From the human T2T-CHM13v2.0 reference genome, Homo sapiens: 64,000 bases of DNA. The translations under genes and the position numbers were made by a program. The stretch lies in NCBI RefSeq assembly GCF_009914755.1, contig NC_060937.1, one strand, 5' to 3'. Shown here in pieces: positions 15,950-29,690 of this stretch. The notes below the pieces were generated by a model. It was given only the letters and a program-made list of their open reading frames with translations. It searched no databases and was not told the DNA's origin. Numbering within the stretch: position 1 is the first letter of the stretch; each line of letters starts with the position of its first letter.

Positions 15950-17250
15950 TTTCCACTGTCAGGAGGGCGGACGGAGGGAAGCCGCCACCTTTTCCCCTAC
16001 GCCTTCACGGCTCAGACAGGCAGCACTCCCGCGGAATCCGCCGCCCCAGGTCTCATCTGAGCGCTGTCTTTCACCAGAGCTCTGTAGGACTGAGGCAGTA
16101 GCGCTGGCCCGCCTGCGAGAGCCCGACCGTGGACGATGCGTCGCGCCCTTCCCATCGCGGCCTGGGCGGGCCCGCCTGCCCTCGGCTGAGCCCGGTTTCC
16201 CTACCCCGGGGCACCTCCCCTCGCCCGCACCCGGCCCCAGTCCCTCCCAGGCTTGCGGGTAGAGCCTGTCTTTGCCCAGAAGGCCGTCTCCAAGCTGGGG
16301 GCTTGCTCCGCCCGGAGGGCTCTGCGGGGACCCTGGCACAGCGGCCTGCAGGGAGGCACCCTCTGCCCTGCTGCGAGCCTGGGGCGCCTGGGCCTGGCCT
16401 CGAGGTTCCTGGGCCTCCAGGGCAGCCCCAGGGGTCCCCCGAGAAGCGAGAAAAGGGGTTCGAAACCCCCGCCGTGCCCCGCAACCGGCTGCGGCGGGCG
16501 ACAGCCAGGTGCCTCAGGTCCGTGTGCTGGCTTGGACACCGCCCTGCGTCTGCAGAGAGCGCGGCGGTGAAGCGGGAGCAGGCGGCCTGGCCCAGGAGCC
16601 AGGACGGCCACAGCCACGCCACCACCGGCGAGGGCGAGGGCCAGGGCCACTCACTGTGACCCGCGACTCCCTTTTAGAGAGCCACTTTGCGTTTCGTTTT
16701 GTTTGCGCACACGGGACACAAGCATATCGAGGCTGAACAAGCCACAGTCCACGTTTCCAGGAGAATTACAAAGCAAACGCTTGGCCTCGCCTGCCGCAGA
16801 CTCCGCCCGCTTCTAGAGGCCCGCACCCTGACTCCTGCAATTGCGGCTTTCCCGCTTTTCAGACTGGCCGCCCGTGTTCACATTCCTCAGCTGCAGCGTT
16901 TGCTGCTGGCCCATTTCTAATCTTCCTGTAAGTGGAATCACTGAGCGCGCGTTCTTTCGTGACTTGTCTCTCACCATCCTGTTTCTCAGATTCACCTGCG
17001 TCATGTGTCCATCTCCTTGATGCAGAGATATGAGTTTAGTCATCCACCCTGCGGCCATGAGCCTTTGGCTAGTCTGGGGCTCCTGTGAGCAGGGCAGCCA
17101 GGGTCACGCGCACAGGGCCCGGGCCGCGGCTGGGGCCCAGAGCATCCTTCTCCCCGTCACTGCGGCGCCCCGGCCTCCAGAATTGTGTAGAAGAGGTCCC
17201 GTCGCGCCTCAGCCTCGCCACGCTTGGTGTCCTCACCCTTGCAAAGTTTC
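15950..17250. promoter_or_regulatory. Intragenic CpG island in CRYL1 intron 5
   Basis: Visibly high GC and CpG density, GC boxes (GGGCGGG ~16164), many overlapping GC-rich spurious ORFs. Boundaries estimated by eye. Confidence 0.8.
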
Positions 17251-18980
17251 GCTAATCTGGTAGGGTGAAATGGTATCTCACCAGGTTTCCTTCGAGTTCT
17301 AAATCACCCTACCACATGTTCACTGACTGCTAAGGAGAGTGAATCAGTCTGTGCAAGTCACTGCAATGCTGAGGAGGGTCGCCTCCTTTCACTCCCAATA
17401 GCGAAGCTGTAACGGGTCGGGGCATCACGGGGGCTGGGGGATATCTACCTAAGGCCCACAGAAACTCCCGGAACCGTCAAGAATCCCGTGTGGAACACAG
17501 GCATTGTCGCCTCCTCTCCCTGGCAGGAGGTCTGGAGGCAGGAAGGGTGGCTCCCTGCCCTCTCTCCAGGCTGCTGGAAGGCCTGGGCTGTGGCCCCTCG
17601 CACCCCCGTGGGCTCTGGAATGCTGTGAAAGGCAGCCAGGCGGCCTGCAGTCGCTCCCTCACCCTTGCTTTCCAGGCCAACATTCCAAACAGCCCCAAGT
17701 TTTCATTTTAGTATTCAAACTGGGAAGTATGCAAACATGGAAGCCACCCTATACTTGCAGTGTTATTTGGCTTGGCTCTTTTAGAATCGTATTTAGTATT
17801 TTTAGAGCTGATTTTTAAAAAATCATTTTTAGGATTGCAAAATAGAAAAAAGGTGAGCCACTCAAGAGTAGGTCCTTTTTGGTTTGTATCATCTGAGCTA
17901 ACAGCCCCTAACTAACGCCTGAGAAGGGTTCTCCATGCTGCCCCATGACCTGGGAGGAACCACATTCCCTCCAACTCCCATGTTCTCAGTTCTGCCTGAT
18001 TTCATCTAGAGGAGGGCTGTGGGTCTTCCATCAGTCACTATTCACCAGTAGAACAAGTTAGAAAGGGAAAAACGTTTTGATACTTTCCCTTCCTCACTGC
18101 TTCTTTCTGCCCATTTGAATTTCTGAAATGGATTTCTCAAAGCTTGAGTTTTTACCAAGAAGCTAAATATAGAGAAAGAAAAGGACCACAAGGCATTCAG
18201 TTGAGAAGCTCCACAACTAGGATATCATGTCCCCAAGGCAAACGTTTGAGTTTCTCCCTGCTGCACTTGGTGCTGAACTAAAGCTTTTCCATTTAGGATG
18301 TTTTGAAGCTCAGGTTGCTTAATTTTGCCACTGAGCTTAATTCCACCCAAAGCCTTGTGACATCTGTGGCCTAATATTATCATAACAATGACAAATAATC
18401 ATTTGTCATTGATAAATAATCGCAGCAGCATGACAGGCAGAAACAAGTGCTTGTGTTGAAACAGGGAACTGACAAGCGATTCCTTATAATAGGTGACGGG
18501 CAACACAGCTGTGCGGAGATGGGAACCCTACCTGAGTCCAGCCCTTCTGTGGTTCTGTTAACATTGATCAGTTTAGCAATCAGTACTTACTCCATTTTAA
18601 GGTAAAATTCTCAAGTCACACATACAAAGAAAAGATTATTTAAAAATCATACAAAGCAATGAATACTACAATCACTGTTAGTTCAAAACATGGTTTCGCG
18701 TCCTGAAAATCATTGGGCAAAGAGATCCCAGACAGTGTTAAGGAACCCCTTTTATTGAAAAACTCCTTGCTTCTGCTTCCTTAGTTAAAACCTGAGATTT
18801 TTCCACAGTGGAGTAACACATGCATAGCTGGGGCACATATTTTGCACCTGATTTGGTAGGAGAAAATGCCCAGGCTGAGAGGAGCCACAAGACATCCGTG
18901 AAGTAGGAGAAAATGCAAGATAGTTAATAACGTACCCAACTGCTATGAAACAAATGTTAAGTCGAATGAAAGGTTTAGGG

Positions 18981-19360
18981 ATGTATCACTCAGGGTTCTA
19001 CCAGACAAAGCCAGTAAGATTCACACACATACACACATACATCAAGAGATTTATTTCAAGGAATTGGCTCATGTGACTGTGGGCCTGGCAAGTCAGAAAG
19101 CCATGGACAGGCCATCAGGAGGGCAGGCCGGCAACTCCAGGCAGGAACTACCCCACAGTCTGCAGGTGGAATTTCTCCTTCCTCAGGGAGATCTCAGTTC
19201 TGCTTGCAAGGCCTTTCAATGGACTGGATTTAGCCCACCCAGACTATGGAGAATAATCTCATTTACTTAAAGTCAACTATGTACCAAATACCTTCCCAGC
19301 AACATCTAGACTGAGTTTGACTGAGTGACTGGACGCTCTAGCCTGGCCGAGCTGACCCTC
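18981..19360. mobile_element. MLT2-family (ERVL) LTR fragment
   Basis: cagggttct...agagatttatttcaaggaattggctcatgtgactgtgg...ggcaagtc...aaagtcaact matches MLT2 as I recall it. Confidence 0.7.
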
Positions 19361-20385
19361 TCAGGGGACAGATACCCTCAGGGATCTTGGATCAAGCACT
19401 TCTGTTTGTTTGTGGGGTGGGGATGGGGAGAAGAGGAAGCAAGACACATCTAACAATTAACAATAGCAAAGGGTTAACAGATGCTGTGGTACTTACTCTG
19501 GTCCTTCGGACAGTCCCAGAAGAAGAGGAAGGCAGGAGAGAAACTTGTGTGGTGGAGGCACACGATATTTGATGGATAAATCCTCCTCCGTGACTATCTC
19601 CTCTACTGATCACCAGCTACACCGAACCATCTTTCCTTCTCTATAATCATCCCATTCCTAGATTTAATTTTCTGATTCATGTATTTTTTGCATGGCCTCA
19701 TTTTCATTTGCTTTTCTCATTTTTCTTCATACCATTCTTCCTCATCCACTTCTTTTTTACTAATTCCCAGCTTTTGATCTTCTATTTTGTTTTGCTCTAC
19801 TTTTCCCCCAAACTTGGTCCTGAATTTTCACATTTTTCTTGTGCAAACACTACAATAACTTTACTACTACTATCACCAGCAGGAACACAGACTTGCTACC
19901 CAGGAATTTGGATGAGGTTCTATTCAAGTTCTTCCACTCCTCAGCTAGAGTTTGGGCATAAGTCCACTGTCAACTGAGAAACAGGAGAAAAATTAAGAGT
20001 CAGGAGTCACAAAAGGTTTTATCTTAGGTGAGTGTCAAATAAAGAAACGCAACAGCGAGAAGTAGAGTACTCTGCCACCTTCAGCCCTACGAGGGCGACA
20101 TGAAGAAAGCACTGGGCTTGTGTGGATCACCCCAGGGCAGCGGCCAAGAAGAAAGGATTACACCAGCACGTCCATCTCAATCTCTAGTGAAAGAAAGGAT
20201 GGAACAAAGTTAAATCTCGGTGATTTTCTCATCTCCAGAGATGTTCAAGGACAGACCCAGACAAGAACAGTCACTTGCACAGAAGTAACTCGAGCATGAG
20301 CTAGGGTACTAGACTATCCCTCTGAGAAACATCCAGCCCTAGGGTCCTTGCAAATGCTACAGGGAGTAACAGAGTTAGAGATTAA

Positions 20386-21550
<1,165 letters not shown>

Positions 21551-21779
21551 ATATGTGCATAGAGGCTCACTGAGGCCTGACCTTAAAACATCCCGCAGTA
21601 AGGGAAAGATTGGATTTAAAAGAAAAAAAAAAAGACCAGCTAAATGAAATATCATAAAGCCATTAAGAATGAATAAAAACTTGAGTAGCATGTTCATAAT
21701 AGAGACTAGACAGGAACAAAGGAAAATGAAAGCAATTGACTTAGGGTAGAGCAAACACAGGTGGAGTTTTTCCCTTTGA

Positions 21780-22126
<347 letters not shown>

Positions 22127-22882
22127 TAAAATAGAGCTTTTAAATAGAAACAAACAAACAAAAAAAAAATGGAAAGGAAAGAGAGGAAAGACTTTGCCCT
22201 AATAAAAGGGACATTCCAGAGTACTTCAGGCCCCAGTGCTAATTCCCTGGTGCACTTTTTCTTAGAACACTGTGTGTATAATGATGCTTTTAGGGGGAAA
22301 AACAACAGTATTATAGAGTTTGAAAGAAAGGGAAAGCCTCGACTTTTACAACAAATACAACAGCAAAAAGAATCCATCATTGTGTATGAATGTGAATACA
22401 TTCACTTCCATTCTATGAGGGTAGTGATACTTTAATTGAGGGGTCCTCTGGGAATACAGTTTACTACAATAAGTTTTGAACCAAAGAGTGTAAGCCCTGA
22501 CTCCAAAAACAGCCATGGAGCACAAGCCCCATATCTGCCTACTCCCCACATCTTTACCCAGAGATGCTTCCTGCCTTGATGGCCCATAGGGCTCCAGTGG
22601 CCTCTCACCTGGCTTCTACCTGCAGCTGATGGAAGGCACAAAGGCTGGCTCCCACAAGGGAAGAGGGATGCAGTGTCATTTGTCACCTCCCACCTCTCTT
22701 CTCTTTGCCTTTTCTCTTGGGGGCTCCTTACCCCCATCCTCTACTTCTGGGGACCCTTACCCCTGGCCTGTTAACTTCCCAACTTCAAACTGAGGGAGCT
22801 GAAATCCATCATTTATATTCACTGCTCAAGCACCTATTGGTAATGATTGCTAGAAGGTGTTATAGTAACAGCATTTTCATTT

Positions 22883-22913
<31 letters not shown>

Positions 22914-23173
22914 GAGTTAGAATACTAACATAGAAGCTTTGCAGCATTTTGGGGATTTTTAATGAGTATGTGGTTGATGTTATTTATTTGCTTATTAATG
23001 GGGATACAGGTATCTCTAAATTCATAAATCAGCAGTATCTCTCTTTTCAATAGGGTTTTGTTGCTCACCAATATGACTACTCAGAAAATGGCCACCCACA
23101 AAATAATAAATAATGGTATAAAAATAGTCTACTTCTTATGGAAAATTGCTGCTAGAAAAAAAATCCTAATTAA

Positions 23174-23476
<303 letters not shown>

Positions 23477-23909
23477 CTAATTAACTAATGATTCCAACAC
23501 AGCAAATAAAAGTTTGCAGATAGAATTCCAGTTGCTGTGGCAGTTGACATTATCCCTGCGAACATCTGCACTACTCTAGAGAGAAATCATTACAAGGTAC
23601 AAACGTGCTCCCTTGCACCTCCAGCCAGGCTGGGGTCGCCCAGCAAGTGTAAGCAAACCTGTGGGAAAGCTGAGCTGGACTTGGCTCTGCACACGGGTGG
23701 CATGCAGCTTCTGACTCTAACATAGAGGAGGAGAAAGCTTTACAAATATGCTTAGATGCCATTTCTCTGCCAAAGCCACCAGCCTTTCTGGAAAAGTCTT
23801 GCACTCCTGCTCTCCTTTTGGAAGAGCCCCACATTCCAACAGTTTGTCATGTGCATCCTAACCCATCTCGAGTGGTATCTACAGTCTTTCCAAACAAAGG
23901 GCCACGCTA

Positions 23910-24780
23910 CTCTGTGAAAAATGCCACTGGAAGTTTGATAGGGATTGCACTGAATCTGTAGATCACCTTGGGCAGTATGGACATTTTAACAATATTAATC
24001 ATTCCAATCCATGAACACAGAATGTCCTTCCATTTATTTGTGTCTTCTTCAGTTTTTTCATCAGTGTAATTATAGTTGTCAGTGTACAGATATTTCACTT
24101 TCTTGATTAAATGTATTTCTAAGCATTTTGGGGGCAGCTATTGTAAATGGAATTGTTTTCTTGATTTCTTTTTCACGTAGTTCCTTGTTAGTGTATAGAA
24201 ATGCTACCGACCTTTGTATGTTGACTTTGTATCCTGCAACTTTACTGAATTTATTTATCAGTTCCAACAGAATTTTAGGGTTTTCTATATATGAGATCAT
24301 GTTGCCAGCAAACAGTGACAATTTAACTTCATTTCCAATTTGAATACCTTTTATTTCTTTCTCTTGCCTAATTGCTATGGCTAGGACTTCCATACTACGT
24401 TGGATAGAAGTGGTGAGAGTAGGCACCCTTGTCTTGTTCCTAATCTTAGAAGAAAAGCCTTCAACTTTTCACCATTGAGTATATTTGCTGTGGGTGTGTC
24501 ACGTATGACCTTTATCGTGTTGAGGAACACTTCTTCTATATCTAATTTGAAGAGAGTTTTATTATAAAATGATGCTGAATGTTGTCGTGTGCTTTTTCTG
24601 CATCTGTTGAGATGATCATATGGTTGTCCTGTATTCTGTTAACATGACATATCACATTTATAGATTTGCCTATGGTAAAGTATCTCTGCACCCTGTGATG
24701 AATTCCCCTTGATTATGTTATTAAATATAGGATCATTTTAATGTGCTATTGAATCCAGTTTGCTAGTGTTTTGTTGAGGA
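23910..24780 (-). mobile_element. Old L1 (L1M/L1PB) ORF2 fragment
   Basis: ORFs 23907..24098 and 24079..24426 translate to L1 ORF2-like peptides ([31 protein letters not shown]). Confidence 0.9.
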
Positions 24781-24842
24781 AGGCCAGACTCTACTCTCTA
24801 TTTGACTGGAGGCTCTCTCGGTGGACACTGAGTACTCACTGA

Positions 24843-25168
<326 letters not shown>

Positions 25169-27393
25169 GAATGGGCTCTGATATAGTTCTAGGGCTCCTC
25201 AAAATAATCTTTCAGTACTTCCCTGTAGATGAAAAATATCACCTCTCTCATTGCTTCTGGCAGAAGATCATTCTTACAGAGCTCTCTGCATTTGAAGCCA
25301 ACAAAAACACAGGTCTCAATTAACCAGGAGGCTGGTCCTAGCAACGTGGGTGATGTATCCGCTCTAACGACCCTGCAGTCCCAACAGAGGTGCTGGTGAG
25401 TGGCTGGACTGAGAAGCAGCATGTGGACTCTGTTGGAAAGGAGCTGAGGAAGAGGACAGGCACAGTGGAGCTAGGATGGTCTTCAGCAAACCTCCCAGGG
25501 ACTAGGAGCTGGAATAGTCAGAGCCAAGAGAGCTCTCCAGTACCCTCTGGTAAGGCACTTACTCCCACAGACACACTGACCACCCAGACTTCAGAAGGCG
25601 CAGAAGACAGAGGCCAGCTGAGCGAAGGGACAATGGCCCAGGCCATGTGAGAGAGGAAAGAAAGGCACAGCATCCTGGGGTGCCCGAGGGATCAGCTCTA
25701 AGCGGCACCTGGGGCTTTGGACAGATGCTGTCAGAGGAGACAGAGACTGAACCGGTCACAGAAGGAGCCTGGTAGGAGAAGCAGGGGAAAGATTCCCCCA
25801 ACCCCCTGCAGAGCCCGCACAGGCCTAGCCCAGGGCAAAGCCGGCAGAGGGAGAACACATCCTTTCTGGGGTGATGTGAGCCTCAGAGCAACAGGAAGAA
25901 AAGGCAGCGCTGAGATACACGGAGCTCTGGAAGCCCCATCAGCGATTCACTCAGATGCTTCAAATGTTGTGTCTTAAAAAAAAATCCTAAACTCTTAGGG
26001 TTCAGTTTTCAAGTAGGTAAGATGTAGAACCCCTCCAGCTGAGGCATGGTGCGGAGGCCAGACTTGGCTGTTTCCTGGCTCCCCCAACTTCCCTACACAC
26101 TGGGCCCATCGCTCTATGTGACTTCGTGCCAAGACCACACAGATGTTGCCAATGTCTGCGCTGTGCTATTTTACTCAAGCCTCAACATTTTCCCCCGGAC
26201 ACATTCCAGGTGCACCACAGTCTGAAGCAAACCACAGCAATTCACTTCCAACGCCGTCCTTCCCCAGAAAAGCTGCCAGCAGGACCCCGTCTCCTGTTGG
26301 CGGTGGCTCCGCACAGGCTTCCTCTTGTCAAGCTCTGCTGCTTCCAGCCACAAGACTGCTGTTCCTGTCCTTGACCTCAAAGCCTGTGAAACGATGATGG
26401 AGCCCAGTTCTGCTCCTCCTTGGAGTGCCCGCTTTGTGCTGATTCTCTTCCAGAGTCGACATCTGAATAACCGTCAGTGAGCCTGCCTTGCTCTGTTATA
26501 GGGTCTCAGGGCACCTGCTCACGTTGACAATGATATTAGTGAAACGGCAGAGCCTCACCGGACTGCCAGAAAAGGACAGGCCACGCAGGCAGCTTGCTGA
26601 GATGGCTTCCTGCTCAGAAAATGAAATATGTGAGATGGCACCTTCCTGGGTATTCATGCAGAGGTGGAGAACTAGACCCATATGAATGTTGGTTGATAAG
26701 AGGAGAGAAGAAATCAAAGGACCATTCACCTCCAAGTGAACATAGCACATGTGAGAGAAATGTAAGCGGTAGTTACAGCAGCAAATTTAAACATTTTAGG
26801 CCATCTTCCCCCTAGAACATGTTCATGCCCTTGGCTCCCCTTTGTGTAACCTCCCAGTCTGCCAAGGAGCTTCTAATTTACATTCTAATTTCAGCATAAC
26901 AGTTCATAATGCAGTGGATTATGCGCAAACCTGGCTGACTGCATGAGATCAGGCCCCAGTACACAGAGGCCCCACTGTACAGTCGGCAGGCAGGATACAC
27001 CCAAGCACAGGCATTCAGCTACAATCAGCTATACGGGAGTGCTGTTTCTGGGTGTCCCTCCTGAGGGACCTGCTTCTGCCCACACAGGCTCATGACTCCT
27101 AAAGGGAAAACCTCCTAAAAGGAAAACCTCATCACAATTTGCATCCCTGCTCAGGAAATCAAATGGCTGGAGGCGGGTGGCTGAGGCTAAGCATGCAAGC
27201 AGGATGACAAGGGAGATCCCCTGGGGCGTCACTCTCCAGCAGGCCCAAGCGGGGCAGGTCTGGCTGGGTGAGCTTTTGATTTGCAAGAGCGATTCTCATC
27301 CTCTGTGCAGTTACAACCTATTGTTCATTCATTCTAATATGTTTGTTTTTAATTAAAAGTGAACTGTCTATCTTTATTTAAAAAAAAAAAAAA

Positions 27394-27506
27394 AGAGGGT
27401 CTCACTATGTTACCCAGGCTGGTCTTGGACTCCTGGGCTCAAGCAATCCCCCTGCCTCAGCTTCCTCGGTAGCTGGGACTGTAGACGTGTGCCACCTGCC
27501 CAGCTA
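27394..27506 (-). mobile_element. FLAM/Alu monomer
   Basis: agggtctcactatgttacccaggctggtcttggactcctgggctcaagc... monomer consensus. Confidence 0.8.
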
Positions 27507-28779
27507 CTTTTTTAAAATCAATTTTTACATCTTTTGGTATAACCAGAGGTATTCAGTGTCTTAAAACTAGGACTGTGAATCACAGCTATAGTGACCACAT
27601 GAGAATCTCCAACTAAGCAGAAGCTGGTTAGAGCTGCATGTGTATCTATTGTGAGCTTGCGGTCAGAGAGAAGGAGTCAGAAACAAGAGACACACATAGA
27701 GACACACAGAGACACATACAGAGCCAGGGACGTGGTATGTGCATACAAATGATATTCAACAGAAACCTTTGAATAAGTTTGCCACAAAAAAGCCTCATCT
27801 GTCAATTTTACTACATGATCTTTGAGATACACTTCATTAACTAAAACAATGTCTCCTAACAGTTGGCAGACATGTCTGAAGTAAAGCTCAACGATGAAGT
27901 TCTGGAATCTCAGGGCCCCATCCAGATGCCCCAGACCACACCCACCCTGACAAATCAAGAGACCAAGAACTCAATCTCTGCGGCCCAGGCCCTAAGGACA
28001 GCAGTCCAGCACAGGGATGACATCATTCCGAAGGACAGGCAGAACCCAAGGTCAGCAATTTCCGAAGCTCATCACCACCAACTCACACCAGCAGGCTGGG
28101 AACCTGCCGAGGGTTGCAGATTCATTCCCAGGCACCTCCACATACCCTGCCCTCATGGGAAAGAATTTACAGGCAACAAACTTAGCTACTGTCCAGCCAA
28201 AAGTCTATTGTCACAACACAATGTCCTTCATTATGCTAATGCCTTAAAAATGTAGACTTGAAATGACATCCCAGCCAATAAGATCACGTGACCCAGGGAG
28301 CACGCCTCCGGCAGGGGAAGTAAGTGTCAGTAGATTGTGGCCAGACATGTCCATCTGGCATTTCCAAGACCACAGGGCTGCTTCATCCCAAAACTGAAGC
28401 CAACTGGAAGAGAAACAAAACGGAGTGAACATCTGTGAGATGGCACAATAGACCTGGCTCCTTCACTCCCTTGGCTATCCGGGTGTCCATTCTACCCCAC
28501 GAAGGTCTAAGGGCTTACAGAGCTGCAAGGGAACAGAGAGAGAATGGGTGATGACAGGGGAGCGTCTCATAGCCCAGGATGCCACAAAGACAAGAAAAGA
28601 AAATGCTTGTCATTCCCAGTGCTTTCTCTTTCTGACCTAGAAATGGCACTGGCAGCGTGGCTCCCCTCCACAAACCCCCACAGTGAGGGAGCCTCCCTGC
28701 CACCCCCGCCCCTTTCTTAGAATGTCTCTTTAATGCTCGGCTGCAGGTGTAAAAATATGGTCCCAGAGTGAGTGAGTGA

Positions 28780-29690
28780 GACTGAAAACGGGAAAATAAA
28801 AGGAAAAAAAAATCAATGAGACAAAAAGTTGCTCCTCAAAAAAAAAAAAAATCAATAAAATTGATAAACCTCTAGCAAGAGAACAAAGACAGAAAGAGAA
28901 CACCAATCACCAATTTCAGGAAGGAAACCAGGGATATCACTACAGACCCTGCAGCCATTGAAAGAATAAAAAGGAGGACTACCGAGAACTTTATGCTCTT
29001 AAGTTCAACGACTTAGAAGAAATGGACCAATTTCTCAGAAACGACGAACCATCAAAACTCAATCAAGATGAAACAGACAATCCAAATGGTTCCATAACCA
29101 TTAAAGAAATTAAATTCATCGTTAGAAAGCTCCCAGAAAGGAACCCCACCCTGGCCCGGATGGTTTCACTGGAAAATTCTACCAAATATCTAAAAATGAA
29201 TTAGCAAAAATTACACACAATCTCTTCCAGAAAATAGGAGGAAGAACTTCCCAATTCATTGTATGCAGCTAGAACAGGCTGAGTATCCCTAATCTGAAAA
29301 TCTGAACCCCAAAGTGCTCCAAAATCTGAAACTTTTCTAGCGCCAACATGACACTCAAAGGAAATGGTCACTGGAGCGTTCCAGATCTCAGATTTTCGGA
29401 TTAGGGATGCTAAAACAGTAAGTATATAATATTCCAAAATCTGCAAACATCCAAAATCTGAAATATTTCTGGTCCCAAGCATTGGGCTTCTCCACCTGTA
29501 CGTCCTTGATACCAAAATCAAATAAAGATAATACAAAAAAAGAAATCCACAGACAAATATGTCCTATGAATTTAGATGCAAAAAAAAATTCACAACAAAG
29601 CATAACCAGGTTGAATCCAGCAATCCCAAGTAGGATTATTCCGAGTATGTGAGGCTGGTTGAACATGCAAAAGTCAATCCATGGGATCCC
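28780..29690 (+). mobile_element. Old L1 ORF2 fragment interrupted by a Tigger4a/MER46A-like element (~29275-29500)
   Basis: L1 motifs (aatcaataaaattgataaacctctagc, gaaatggaccaatttc) flank caggctgagtatccctaatctgaaaatc...cacctgta. Confidence 0.8.

Noticed and set aside
15835-16920. Cluster of 100-180-aa overlapping ORFs
   Set aside because: Expected from stop-codon scarcity in a GC-rich island; Pro/Gly/Arg-rich, present in many frames, no recognisable domain.
26815-26831. p53/p63-like GAACATGTTC site (similar half-sites at ~8028, ~13003 and ~27869)
   Set aside because: Only isolated half-sites without a correctly spaced partner; expected by chance.
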